Below are positions 37,562 through 47,582 of a stretch of DNA of 64,000 nt, piece after piece. Below the pieces are notes generated by a model. That model was given only the letters and a program-made list of their open reading frames with translations. It did no database searches and had not been told where the DNA came from. Made by a program: the position numbers and the translations under genes. The stretch covers positions 24,849,175 through 24,913,174 of the forward strand of contig NC_092677.1 of assembly GCF_964355755.1 (NCBI RefSeq). The letters run 5' to 3'. Positions within the stretch are counted from its first letter, which is position 1, and each line of letters starts with the position of its first letter. This DNA comes from Antedon mediterranea. Taxonomy: Eukaryota > Animalia > Echinodermata.

Positions 37562-38683
37562 CTATTTCTGCTTCTTTCTAACTACTGTATTGTTTTTTTT
37601 CCAAAGCATGAAGCTCATGTTTATCTTCTTTTGGTGATAATAGGTATATATCTTATCAAGTTTATTAAGTTCTGCATCAACTGGAATTTTTCTATTCACT
37701 AACACGGGTCGCTGCGTCACACTTTCAAATCCGGCAGCAGTGGCAATTCCCTTAAAGACTTCAGCAAAATCACCTCTACTATTGTCTCCATAGACCATGA
37801 GGGAACCTAGGCGCGCATTAGAGAGGAGCTCTCTCATGTTTGCTTCAAAAATTTGCAAGCGGCGGTTATCCGCTTCCGCATTTTGACGGCGGTTACCAAT
37901 AACCGCACTTACAAACTTTATCAGTAGAATAACCTTGGCATCAGCGACAGAATCTAGCACATTTTGTGTCGGTCGAATGTTTATATCATATCCAATGTAT
38001 TCCCCCATATTGATATTGTGAGCTTCGTCTGGATTCTTGCTCACAACGGCATCCCAGGATGTCTTCCATTCACAGTATTTATCAATAATCGTTGCGTTAA
38101 GAACAACATTTCGGTTGTCATTATCTCTTCTCAGCAAATCTTTCAAGTACCTGCAAAATCCAAGTACATCAGTACCGGGACCTCCACCAATAGAGCAAAC
38201 ATTAATTCCTTCTAAATGATTATTTTCAAACCAACAATCACGATTTACATGAAACAAATTAAGTCCAATCTTAACCGAATGACAAAGAGCTGGAAAGTAC
38301 AGAAACATATATGCCGCTTGATATCTGTATTCGTTATATGGGACTTGTAGATTTTGTCCCCGCCAGAAGATATTCTGTGTGTTAGACAAATATTTTAAAG
38401 CACCACGAATTATATCACGTAGTGCGTTGTCTTGTAAGAGTAAATCTAGATGTACAGCAGCAGCAAGTTGTTGCACCGGTTCGACTTGTGGTTGCACCGG
38501 GTCTGCTGGTGGTTGCACCGGGTCTGCTGGTGGTTCCGGCGGGTCTGCTGGTGGTTGCACCGGGTCTGCTGGTGGTTCCGCCGGGTCTGCTGGTGGTTCC
38601 GCCGGGTCTGCTGGTGGTTCCGCCTGATTTCCATCATTGTTTAAATTCAAACCCTCTAGACCAGCGACCTGATCATCCGCCAT
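37562..38683 (-). CDS. Methyltransferase-like copy MT11 with N-terminal Pro-rich repeat (probable start MADDQ at 38683)
   Basis: About 6 x 21-bp units (EPPADPA/QPPADPV), then YQAAYMFLYF, VCSIGGGPGTD, IIDKY, YDIN, KFVSAV, MVYGDN. Confidence 0.85.
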   Translation of the reverse strand: MADDQVAGLEGLNLNNDGNQAEPPADPAEPPADPAEPPADPVQPPADPPEPPADPVQPPADPVQPQVEPVQQLAAAVHLDLLLQDNALRDIIRGALKYLSNTQNIFWRGQNLQVPYNEYRYQAAYMFLYFPALCHSVKIGLNLFHVNRDCWFENNHLEGINVCSIGGGPGTDVLGFCRYLKDLLRRDNDNRNVVLNATIIDKYCEWKTSWDAVVSKNPDEAHNINMGEYIGYDINIRPTQNVLDSVADAKVILLIKFVSAVIGNRRQNAEADNRRLQIFEANMRELLSNARLGSLMVYGDNSRGDFAEVFKGIATAAGFESVTQRPVLVNRKIPVDAELNKLDKIYTYYHQKKINMSFMLWKKNNTVVRKKQK

Positions 38684-39553
38684 CTTCCCCAAACAAATGG
38701 GTGTTTTTATTATAACAATAAAATGTCGGTTTCCCCAGAATACAAACTAAAGTATTTTGGATGATTCGAAGATTATTAATGTTCAAGTACACACTGCTGT
38801 ATGCACAAAATGCAATCTGATGACCAGAGTAAAATGATTGACTCAACACACTTTCACACTGAAATAATTATTGATTACTTCGAAAAACGTCAATTCTATT
38901 TTGAATAACAATAACACAATGTTTTCATTCATCAAATGTATTCATACATTTATGGGAATTAAAATAAAACCAATATTTAGAACAATGTGAACAACCCTAA
39001 ATAGATGAGCTGATGATGCTGGCTCTATTGTCAAGTGTGAATTTTCTAAAGAAAACCAACTGTGCTTCCCTAGGGCAGTATATGTGATACTAGCCAATGA
39101 GAAATGCTATATTATTGACACTTTAGTGTGCAACAAAATTAAATCAATATTCAAAACATTGTGAAGCATGAATAGATAAACCAGTGGTGTTGGCTCTATT
39201 GTTCCATCTTCATGACAGTGTGGGGAGGAGGAGAGAGAGAGAAAGGAGAGGAAGAGATTGGGGGGGGGGGGGGGGGGGCGGAAGAGAGAATGTGCGAATT
39301 TGCAAAACAAAGGCATTGCTTCTCTCAGTACTGTACTGTACGTGACATCCTGTGAGAGTATATTTGCTACTTCATAATTTTCAAATATTATTACGGTAGA
39401 ACAACTATCTTTTAATACTAAGTGTCTGTTTTGGGAATAAATACTCTCTCATAAATAAGTCCATCTCATTCAGAGCCAAGTCAGCATGTAATGTATGTGA
39501 TATCCTGTGACAGCCTGTGTACTTTATTCATAGTACATAATTTTCAAATATTA

Positions 39554-39744
39554 TTACGGTAGAACAACTATCTTTTTACTAAGAGTCTGTTTAGGGAATA
39601 AATACTCTCTCATAAATAAGTCCATCTCATTTAGAGCCAAGTCAGCATGTAATTTCACAACATCATCCCTTTCGGTCGCTAAAATGTGTTTCAAAGTACG
39701 ATACAAATCTAGCAGACTTGATTCAAGTACTGACATGGCCTCTT
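39554..39744 (-). pseudogene. Duplicated partial last exon of TANGO6
   Basis: MSVLESSLLDLYRTLKHILATERDDVVKLHADLALNEMDLFMREYLFPKQTLSKKIVVLP nearly matches 47583-47772 but lacks the splice acceptor and the first third of the exon. Confidence 0.9.
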
Positions 39745-40296
39745 TTGAATTGATTCCACTTTGTTTGGTTTTTTTTTCACTAAACTACATTCAGGTGTCG
39801 GTGAGTTGTTTATGTCATATCCAATGTATTGTATATCGATACGGCGAGCCTCGTTTAGGTTATTTTCCTTTTATTCAGTTTATACCAATTGTTTGTCACC
39901 GATATAAAGGTGCAAGTTCAAAATAAATATTATTATTATTATACAAAACACTGTGAACGCTGACTCTATTGTCAGAAATAAGAATGTGTAAATTATTGGC
40001 TAAACCAACAAAAGCTTGAGCAAGGCTTAAGTCAGCATCCAGAATAACATTAGTACAGCAAAACATTTTAATGAGATGCAAATAATCTTGATGCACAGTG
40101 AAGTTTAATTAATTAATTACTTTCTATTGCTTCTGTTGTATGTAAATTCCATAAACAATCTATCACCGCATGCTTTTACAGTACTATTACCTTTCTTTAA
40201 GCCAATACGCTGTATCCGTTTACCATATTAAAAGTATATAGCAATTCTATATTCGTCAAACAAAATGCTGTTTGACTTGTAAATTACAGTATTTAT

Positions 40297-42100
40297 TAAT
40301 AGCTATACTGAGTATATACACTCTCACGTACATGGAATCTTAATAGCTATACCGAGTATATACACTCTCACGTACATGGAATCTTAATAGCTATACTGAG
40401 TATATACACTCTCACGTACATGGAATCTTAATAGCTATACTGAGTATATACACTATCACGTACATGGAATCTTAATAGCTATACTGAGTATACACACTCT
40501 CACGTACATGGAATCTTAATAGCTATACTGAGTATATACACTCTCACGTACATGGAATCTTAATAGCTATACTGAGTATATACACTCTCACGTACATGGA
40601 ATCTTAATAGCTATACTGAGTATACACACTCTCACGTACATGGAATCTTAATAGCTATACTGAGTATACACACTCTCACGTACATGGAATCTTAATAGCT
40701 ATACTGAGTATATACACTCTCACGTACATGGAATCTTAATAGCTATACTGAGTATATACACTCTCACGTACATGGAATCTTAATAGCTATACTGAGTATA
40801 TACACTCTCACGTACATGGAATCTTAATAGCTATACTGAGTATACACACTCTCACGTACATGGAATCTTAATAGCTATACTAAGTATATACACTCTCACG
40901 TACATGGAATCTTAATAGCTATACTGAGTATATACACTCTCACGTACATGGAATCTTAATAGCTATACTGAGTATATACACTCTCACGTACATGGAATCT
41001 TAATAGCTATACTGAGTATATACACTCTCACGTACATGGAATCTTAATAGCTATACTGAGTATATACACTCTCACGTACATGGAATCTTAATAGCTATAC
41101 TGAGTATATACACTCTCACGTACATGGAATCTTAATAGCTATACTGAGTATATACACTCTCACGTACATGGAATCTTAATAGCTATACTGAGTATATACA
41201 CTCTCACGTACATGGAATCTTAATAGCTATACTGAGTATACACACTCTCACGTACATGGCATCTTAATAGCTATACTGAGTATATACACTCTCACGTACA
41301 TGGAATCTTAATAGCTATACTGAGTATACACACTCTCACGTACATGGAATCTTAATAGCTATACTGAGTATATACACTCTCACGTACATGGAATCTTAAT
41401 AGCTATACTGAGTATATACACTCTCACGTACATGGAATCTTAATAGCTATACTGAGTATATACACTCTCACGTACATGTAATCTTAATAGCTATACTGAG
41501 TATATACACTCTCACGTACATGGAATCTTAATAGCTATACTGAGTATACACACTCTCACGTACATGGAATCTTAATAGCTATACTGAGTATATACACTCT
41601 CACGTACATGGAATCTTAATAGCTATACTGAGTATATACACTCTCACGTACACGTAATCTTAATAGCTATACTGAGTATATACACTCTCACGTACATGGA
41701 ATCTTAATAGCTATACTGAGTATATACACTCTCACGTACATGGAATCTTAATAGCTATACTGAGTATACACACTCTCACGTACATGGAATCTTAATAGCT
41801 ATACTGAGTATATACACTCTCACGTACATGGAATCTTAATAGCTATACTGAGTATACACACTCTCACGTACATGGAATCTTAATAGCTATACTGAGTATA
41901 TACACTCTCACGTACATGGAATCTTAATAGCTATACTGAGTATACACACTCTCACGTACATGGAATCTTAATAGCTATACTGAGTATACACACTCTCACG
42001 TACATGGAATCTTAATAGCTATACTGAGTATACACACTCTCACGTACATGGAATCTTAATAGCTATACTGAGTATACACACTCTCACGTACATGGAATCT
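40297..42100. repeat. Homogeneous 44-bp minisatellite, 41 copies
   Basis: Unit taatagctatactgagtatatacactctcacgtacatggaatct; span 1804 bp = 41 x 44. Only scattered substitutions (tataTac/tataCac variants), no spacers. Confidence 0.95.
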
Positions 42101-42667
42101 TAATTTCCTTTCTGAATAAATCCTTTTGTTAATTATTTGCAAAATTTGTTTTTATAACTATCAATTTATATTAGACAATTTCAAGTAATTGTTCTTACTA
42201 TAAACATTGTATAAAGAATTATAATCAAATAAACCCAAATAAAATGCCAACAACTATAAAAGGTTTTTACATAAAACTAATTACTGCAACAGATACTTAT
42301 ATTTATTAAGTTAATATACAATACCTTTACATTAGAATTCCTAGGCTAAAATCACAAAAACCGCAAGACCAAAACAAGGCTAGAATCCCAATTTAAATTA
42401 AATTTCAAATGAAAACAATCAGAAACTAAGTTGATAGAGTTTTATATTGTAATGCGTAGTAGTGTAGTACTGTATAATTAAAAAGTGCGTCTCGAATTAG
42501 AATTATCGAAGATAGAAAAGTATGGTATAACAATAAAAACAGTGAAGTTTAAACGGAATAAATAATAGCCGTCTTGGAAAATGTATGTTTAAATGTTATA
42601 GCGCCATCTATACTAAACCTCTCGATATTTCATTTCATAAGTTTTGCAGATATAATAATGTGACAAA

Positions 42668-43543
42668 TCAAACTTCGTTTTTTTTCCAAAGCATAAAGCT
42701 CATCCTTAGATTCATCTGGTGCCACCAATGATAATTTGCATCCAAATCATCCAGAGCTCCATCATCTTCAATGGAAAATTCCTGGTGGAAAGATTTCGAC
42801 AAGCGCATAAAATCTGCACCTATGGCAATACGTTCAAAGATTTCAGTAGAACCACCGCCACTATTGTCTCCGTAGATCAAGTACGTATTTGGAGCTGCGT
42901 TACGCAGGAGATCTGTCAGGTTTTGCTCAAAGTTTGGCAATCCTGTAACTGCGCTTACAAACTTGAAGAGCAGTATAAATTTCGCTTCAGCAACATGTCT
43001 TGTTATATCTTCTCTTAACGGGTCATTTATATCATGTGGATAGTACAACGTCGTTGCGATGCGATCAACGTCATCCAAATTATCCCGAATGACATCATTG
43101 GCTTGACACCATCCATCAGTGTATTTATCAATAATGATTGCATCAATAGCCAATTGTTGGATGTCTCCATTTTCTTGCATGAAATCTCGCATGAATCTAC
43201 AAAATCCAATTACATCAGTTCCTGGACCTCCTCCAATGGAGCAAACCTTCAGAGGGAACCGAGGTTGTTGATCGTCATTATCTTGGTTTAAACAATCAGG
43301 AGGTAAATTCAACCTGTCAAGTCCATACTTCACCGAATGACAAAGAGATGAAAAATACAGATACACATATGCTGCTGCGTATTCAGGCTGGTTATAATTA
43401 ATTTCAACATGGTCTGGATTATTGTATGCTTCAATCAAATTCGATATGATATTAGGCATTTGCAAAGCTAATTCGTTATTGTCAATAATAAACATTAAAT
43501 CTTGATGAGCACCAGCAGCAATTTCTTGAACTGATTTTGCCAT
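42668..43543 (-). CDS. Methyltransferase-like copy MT12 (acidic, subfamily B; probable start MAKSV at 43543)
   Basis: YAAAYVYLYF, VCSIGGGPGTD, IIDKY, HDIN, KFVSAV, LIYGDN, MSFMLWKK. The ATG is in caagATG context. Confidence 0.85.
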   Translation of the reverse strand: MAKSVQEIAAGAHQDLMFIIDNNELALQMPNIISNLIEAYNNPDHVEINYNQPEYAAAYVYLYFSSLCHSVKYGLDRLNLPPDCLNQDNDDQQPRFPLKVCSIGGGPGTDVIGFCRFMRDFMQENGDIQQLAIDAIIIDKYTDGWCQANDVIRDNLDDVDRIATTLYYPHDINDPLREDITRHVAEAKFILLFKFVSAVTGLPNFEQNLTDLLRNAAPNTYLIYGDNSGGGSTEIFERIAIGADFMRLSKSFHQEFSIEDDGALDDLDANYHWWHQMNLRMSFMLWKKNEV

Positions 43544-45009
43544 CTTGCACAAACAAATCGTATTGGTAATTGATAACGATAAAGATGTCAGTTTTTCAAA
43601 ATATGTAAAATACAGTATTCTCGGGATGCTAAGTGTATGCTTGTGTACGCTGTATGCCCAAAATACAATCTGGTGACTCTGTAGCCAGGTGACGCCTAAA
43701 ACTGATGAAACTTTTACACTGAATTGAACATCAATCGACAATTCTATTAGAATAACAATCAAAAATGGTTTTATTTGTCAAGTTTATTCATACATTAATG
43801 TGCATTAGGCCGTATAACAAAAATACTAATTGCTTAGCGTCGCCTCCCCAACCAAAGAAATCAATATACCTGTAGGAGAGTACAGAACAATGTGAACACT
43901 GAACAAATCAACAGATAATGCTGACTCCATTGTCTTCAGTGGAAATGTGTGTGAAGAAGTAAGAAAAAGCTGGTGCTGGTGCTTTACAAGAGTGGTATAC
44001 GTGATACTAACACAAGAAATAGATGCCATGGCGTCATATGGATGATAGTTTATTCATAATAATATATTAAATATATTATCATATATCAATATAAAAAACA
44101 TCTGAAAACTCTGAATGAATTAGCTGGTGATACTGGTGCTATGGTAGAACAACTATTTTAATACTAAGTTGTAATGTGAATTTGATACATACATTTTAAC
44201 TTTTTGATGTCATTTTTATATTTAATATTGTAATTTTATTTGGCTGCAAATGTATTTAACTTGTTCAAAAATAAAGATACTATGATATTTAATGCACAGA
44301 AACAAGTCGAATAAAACATAAATGCTGTTTTAGTTGTGAATTACAGTACAGTATTTAATAACAATTTTACCGATATCGAGTAGTGATATTGTCAAACATA
44401 AGAGTTCTTAAAAAATTCCACTTTCACACAGAATTTAGGCGCTTACAAAATTGACTACAACCATCTAAAATCTACTTTCTAAATTTTAAATATCCAATTT
44501 AATTAAAATATGTCAAACACAAATTTGCAGTAAAAATGATACATGGTTACGATAAAAAAAAAAGATATCGAAATTATACACACAAAAATAACAGCAATTG
44601 CACAAAACGAGCAGGATAAAAGCAGATACAATGAATACAACTAAAGAGCAAAGAGCTATAACTTGAGACAATACACAATGGTAGTCACAGAAACGTCGAT
44701 CGAAGGAATTTAAATATATTGTAAATTGTTACACTTGGAAACCTCTAATAAATCCGCCATAAATTCAATTTAAAAGGCAATACATTCAATAAACTAAGAC
44801 GTTTTGGAAAAAAGAAAACAACATATGCCACTACCAAATAAAAGCAAGCTCGGATTTTGTTTCATATTTTGTAAAATGGGCCTAAAATATATTTTTAAGG
44901 AGACAATATACTTTATCAATGTTAAACCTAACAACGAATGAATGTATTTTTCCCAATGCTTCCTTTAGTTGAAAGCTAGGCCTACTCAAAAGATGCAACA
45001 ACATATATC

Positions 45010-46710
45010 TTAATCAACTATTAATTGTTTTTGACAAATCATAAATATCATCTTTACCCTCTTTTGGTGGTAATACGTATACTCCACATCAAGATTATTA
45101 TGTTCTTCATCTGTTGGAATTCGGCTTTCCACGGTCATGTACTCTTGAACTCTTCTAAATCCTGCTCCAATGGCAATTACTTCGAATTCGTGACAACGTC
45201 GACGACTATTGTCTCCATAGACCAAGTACGAACCTTGCCTTGCACGACTGAGGAGGGCTTTCATGTTTACCTTAAAATAAGGCAATTGGTCCACTGCGCT
45301 TACAAACTTGATCAGTAGAATAACCTTTGCATTAGCGACAGATTGTAACACGGCATTTGTTGGTTGGTCGTTTATATCATATCTAATGTACTGTTGCATA
45401 TCGATTTGACCAGCTTCGTTTACAACGGCTTCCGGGACTTGATTCCAGACTTGATTCCAGACTTGCTGCCAGACTTGCTGCCATTCACTGTATTTGTCAA
45501 TAACCGTTGCATTAAGAACCAATCTTCGGTTTATCCCACGTAAAATTAAGTACCTATAAAATCCAAGTACATCAGTTCCCGGACCTCCTCCGATAGAACA
45601 AACATTCAGCCTTAACGGTTCTTCCGGTCTTCCCGGTACATTTTCAAAAAAAGTATTTACATCTAAATTAAACTTGTCAAGTCCATATTTAACCGAATGA
45701 CAAAGAGCTGGAAAATACAGAAACATATATGCAGCTTGGTACCTGTTGTTGTCATATGGAACTTGTAGATTGTGTCTTCGCCAGCTTTTACTGTGTGCAT
45801 TAGACAAAAAGGTTAAAACACCACGAATTATATTTAAACGTTCAGGGTCATCCATTAAAAATAAATGTTGATGTACAACAACAGCAATTTGTTGCGGTTG
45901 CACCAGGTCTGCTGGTTGCACCGGGTCTGCTGGTTGCACTGGGTCTGCTGGTTGCACCGGGTCTGCTGGTTGCACCGGGTCTGCTGGTTGCACCGGGTCT
46001 GCTGGTTGCACCGGGTCTGCTGGTTGCACCGGGTCTGCTGGTTGCACCGGGTCTGCTGGTTGCACCGGGTCTGCTGGTTGCACCGGGTCTGGTTGTTGCA
46101 CCGGGTCTGGTTGTTGCACCGGGTCTGGTTGTTGCACCGGGTCTGGTTGTTGCACCGGGTCTGGTTGTTGCACCGGGTCTGGTTGTTGCACCGGGTCTGG
46201 TTGTTGCACCGGGTCTGCTTGTTGCACCGGGTCTGCTTGTTGCACCGGGTCTGCTTGTTGCACCGGGTCTGCTTGTTGCACCGGGTCTGCTTGTTGCACC
46301 GGGTCTGGTTGTTGCACTGGGTCTGCTTGTTGCACTGGGTCTGGTTGTTGCACCGGGTCTGCTTGTTGCACTGGGTCTGCTTGTTGCACTGGGTCTGCTT
46401 GTTGCACTGGGTCTGCTTGTTGCACTGGGTCTGGTTGTTGCACTGGGTCTGCTTGTTGCACTGGGTCTGGTTGTTGCACCGGGTCTGCTGGTTGCACCGG
46501 GTCTGGTTGTTGCACCGGGTCTGGTTGTTGCACTGGGTCTGCTTGTTGCACTGGGTCTGGTTGTTGCACTGGGTCTGGTTGTTGCACCGGGTCTGCTGGT
46601 TGCACCCGTTCGACTGGTGCTTCCGCCCGATTTCCATCATTATTTAAGTTCAAACCCTCTAGACCACCGACAATATGTTCTATCTGATCATCACCTCGTT
46701 GTTCCGCCAT
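45010..46710 (-). CDS. Methyltransferase-like copy MT13 with ~39 hexapeptide repeats (probable start MAEQR at 46710)
   Basis: An 18-bp repeat at about 45900-46606 encodes (QQPDPV/QQADPV/QPADPV)n, followed by a complete methyltransferase domain with all motifs. Confidence 0.85.
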   Translation of the reverse strand: MAEQRGDDQIEHIVGGLEGLNLNNDGNRAEAPVERVQPADPVQQPDPVQQPDPVQQADPVQQPDPVQQPDPVQPADPVQQPDPVQQADPVQQPDPVQQADPVQQADPVQQADPVQQADPVQQPDPVQQADPVQQPDPVQQADPVQQADPVQQADPVQQADPVQQADPVQQPDPVQQPDPVQQPDPVQQPDPVQQPDPVQQPDPVQQPDPVQPADPVQPADPVQPADPVQPADPVQPADPVQPADPVQPADPVQPADPVQPADPVQPADLVQPQQIAVVVHQHLFLMDDPERLNIIRGVLTFLSNAHSKSWRRHNLQVPYDNNRYQAAYMFLYFPALCHSVKYGLDKFNLDVNTFFENVPGRPEEPLRLNVCSIGGGPGTDVLGFYRYLILRGINRRLVLNATVIDKYSEWQQVWQQVWNQVWNQVPEAVVNEAGQIDMQQYIRYDINDQPTNAVLQSVANAKVILLIKFVSAVDQLPYFKVNMKALLSRARQGSYLVYGDNSRRRCHEFEVIAIGAGFRRVQEYMTVESRIPTDEEHNNLDVEYTYYHQKRVKMIFMICQKQLIVD

Positions 46711-47582
46711 CTTCCACAAACAAATGAGTGTTTTTTATTATAACAATAAAATGTCGGTTTCTCCAGAATACAAACTAAAGTATTTTGGATGATTCGAAGA
46801 TTATTAATGTTCAAGAACACACTGCTGTATGCACAAAATGCAATCTGATGAGCAGACAAAAATGATTTGCGCACTTACAATTTCACACGGCAATGATTAA
46901 TGACTTCAAAAAACGTAAATTCTATTTTGAATAACAATAACACAATGTTTTCATTCATCAAATGTATTCATGCATTTATAGGAATTAAAATAAAACCAAT
47001 ATTTAGAACAATGTGAACCCTAAATAGATAAGCTGATGATGCTGGCTCTAATTGTCCAATGTGAATTTGCTAAAGAAAGCCAGCTGTGCTTCCCTAGGGC
47101 AGTATACGTGATAATAACCAATGGAAATACTATATTATTGACACTTTAATGTCCAATAAAATCAAATCAATATTCAAAACATTGTGAACCATGAATAGAT
47201 AAACCAGTGGTGTTGGCTCTATTGTTCCATCTCCATGACAGTGTGGGGAGGGGAGAGAGAGGAGGGGAGGGAGGGGAGGGGGAGAGAGAGAAAGGAGAGG
47301 GAGAGGGGGGGGGGGTGGAAGAGAGAATGTGCGAATTTGCAAAACAAAGGCATTGCTTCTCTCAGTACTGTACTGTACGTGACATCCTGTGACAGTGTAT
47401 TTGCTACTTCATAATTTTCAAATACTATTACGGTAGAACAACTATCTTTTAATACTAAGTGTCTGTTTAGGAAATAAATACTCTCTCATAAATAAGTCCA
47501 TCTCATTCAGAGCAAAATCAGCATGTAATGTACAGTATGTGACATCCTGTGAACTTTATTCATACATAATTTTCAAATATTA

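Noticed and set aside
40297-42100. CRISPR array
   Set aside because: Units are contiguous and near-identical with no unique spacers, there are no cas genes, and the context is eukaryotic.
43544-43762. Long N-terminal extensions of MT12, MT2, MT3 and MT5 given by the ORF track
   Set aside because: They begin at non-ATG codons. Paralog alignment and A-rich (mostly aagATG/aaaATG) context support the downstream ATG.
45855-46647. 261-aa (QTRCN)n and 260-aa (LLHRVW)n ORFs, and equivalents at 38379-38715
   Set aside because: These are alternative-frame and antisense read-outs of the stop-free 18/21-bp repeats inside MT13 and MT11.
7847-46710. Bacterial contamination or a restriction-modification/DNA methyltransferase locus
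   Set aside because: The genes are interleaved with animal LINEs, SINEs and MITEs and contiguous with spliced genes. There are no DPPY/NPPY or PC catalytic motifs and no nuclease partner.
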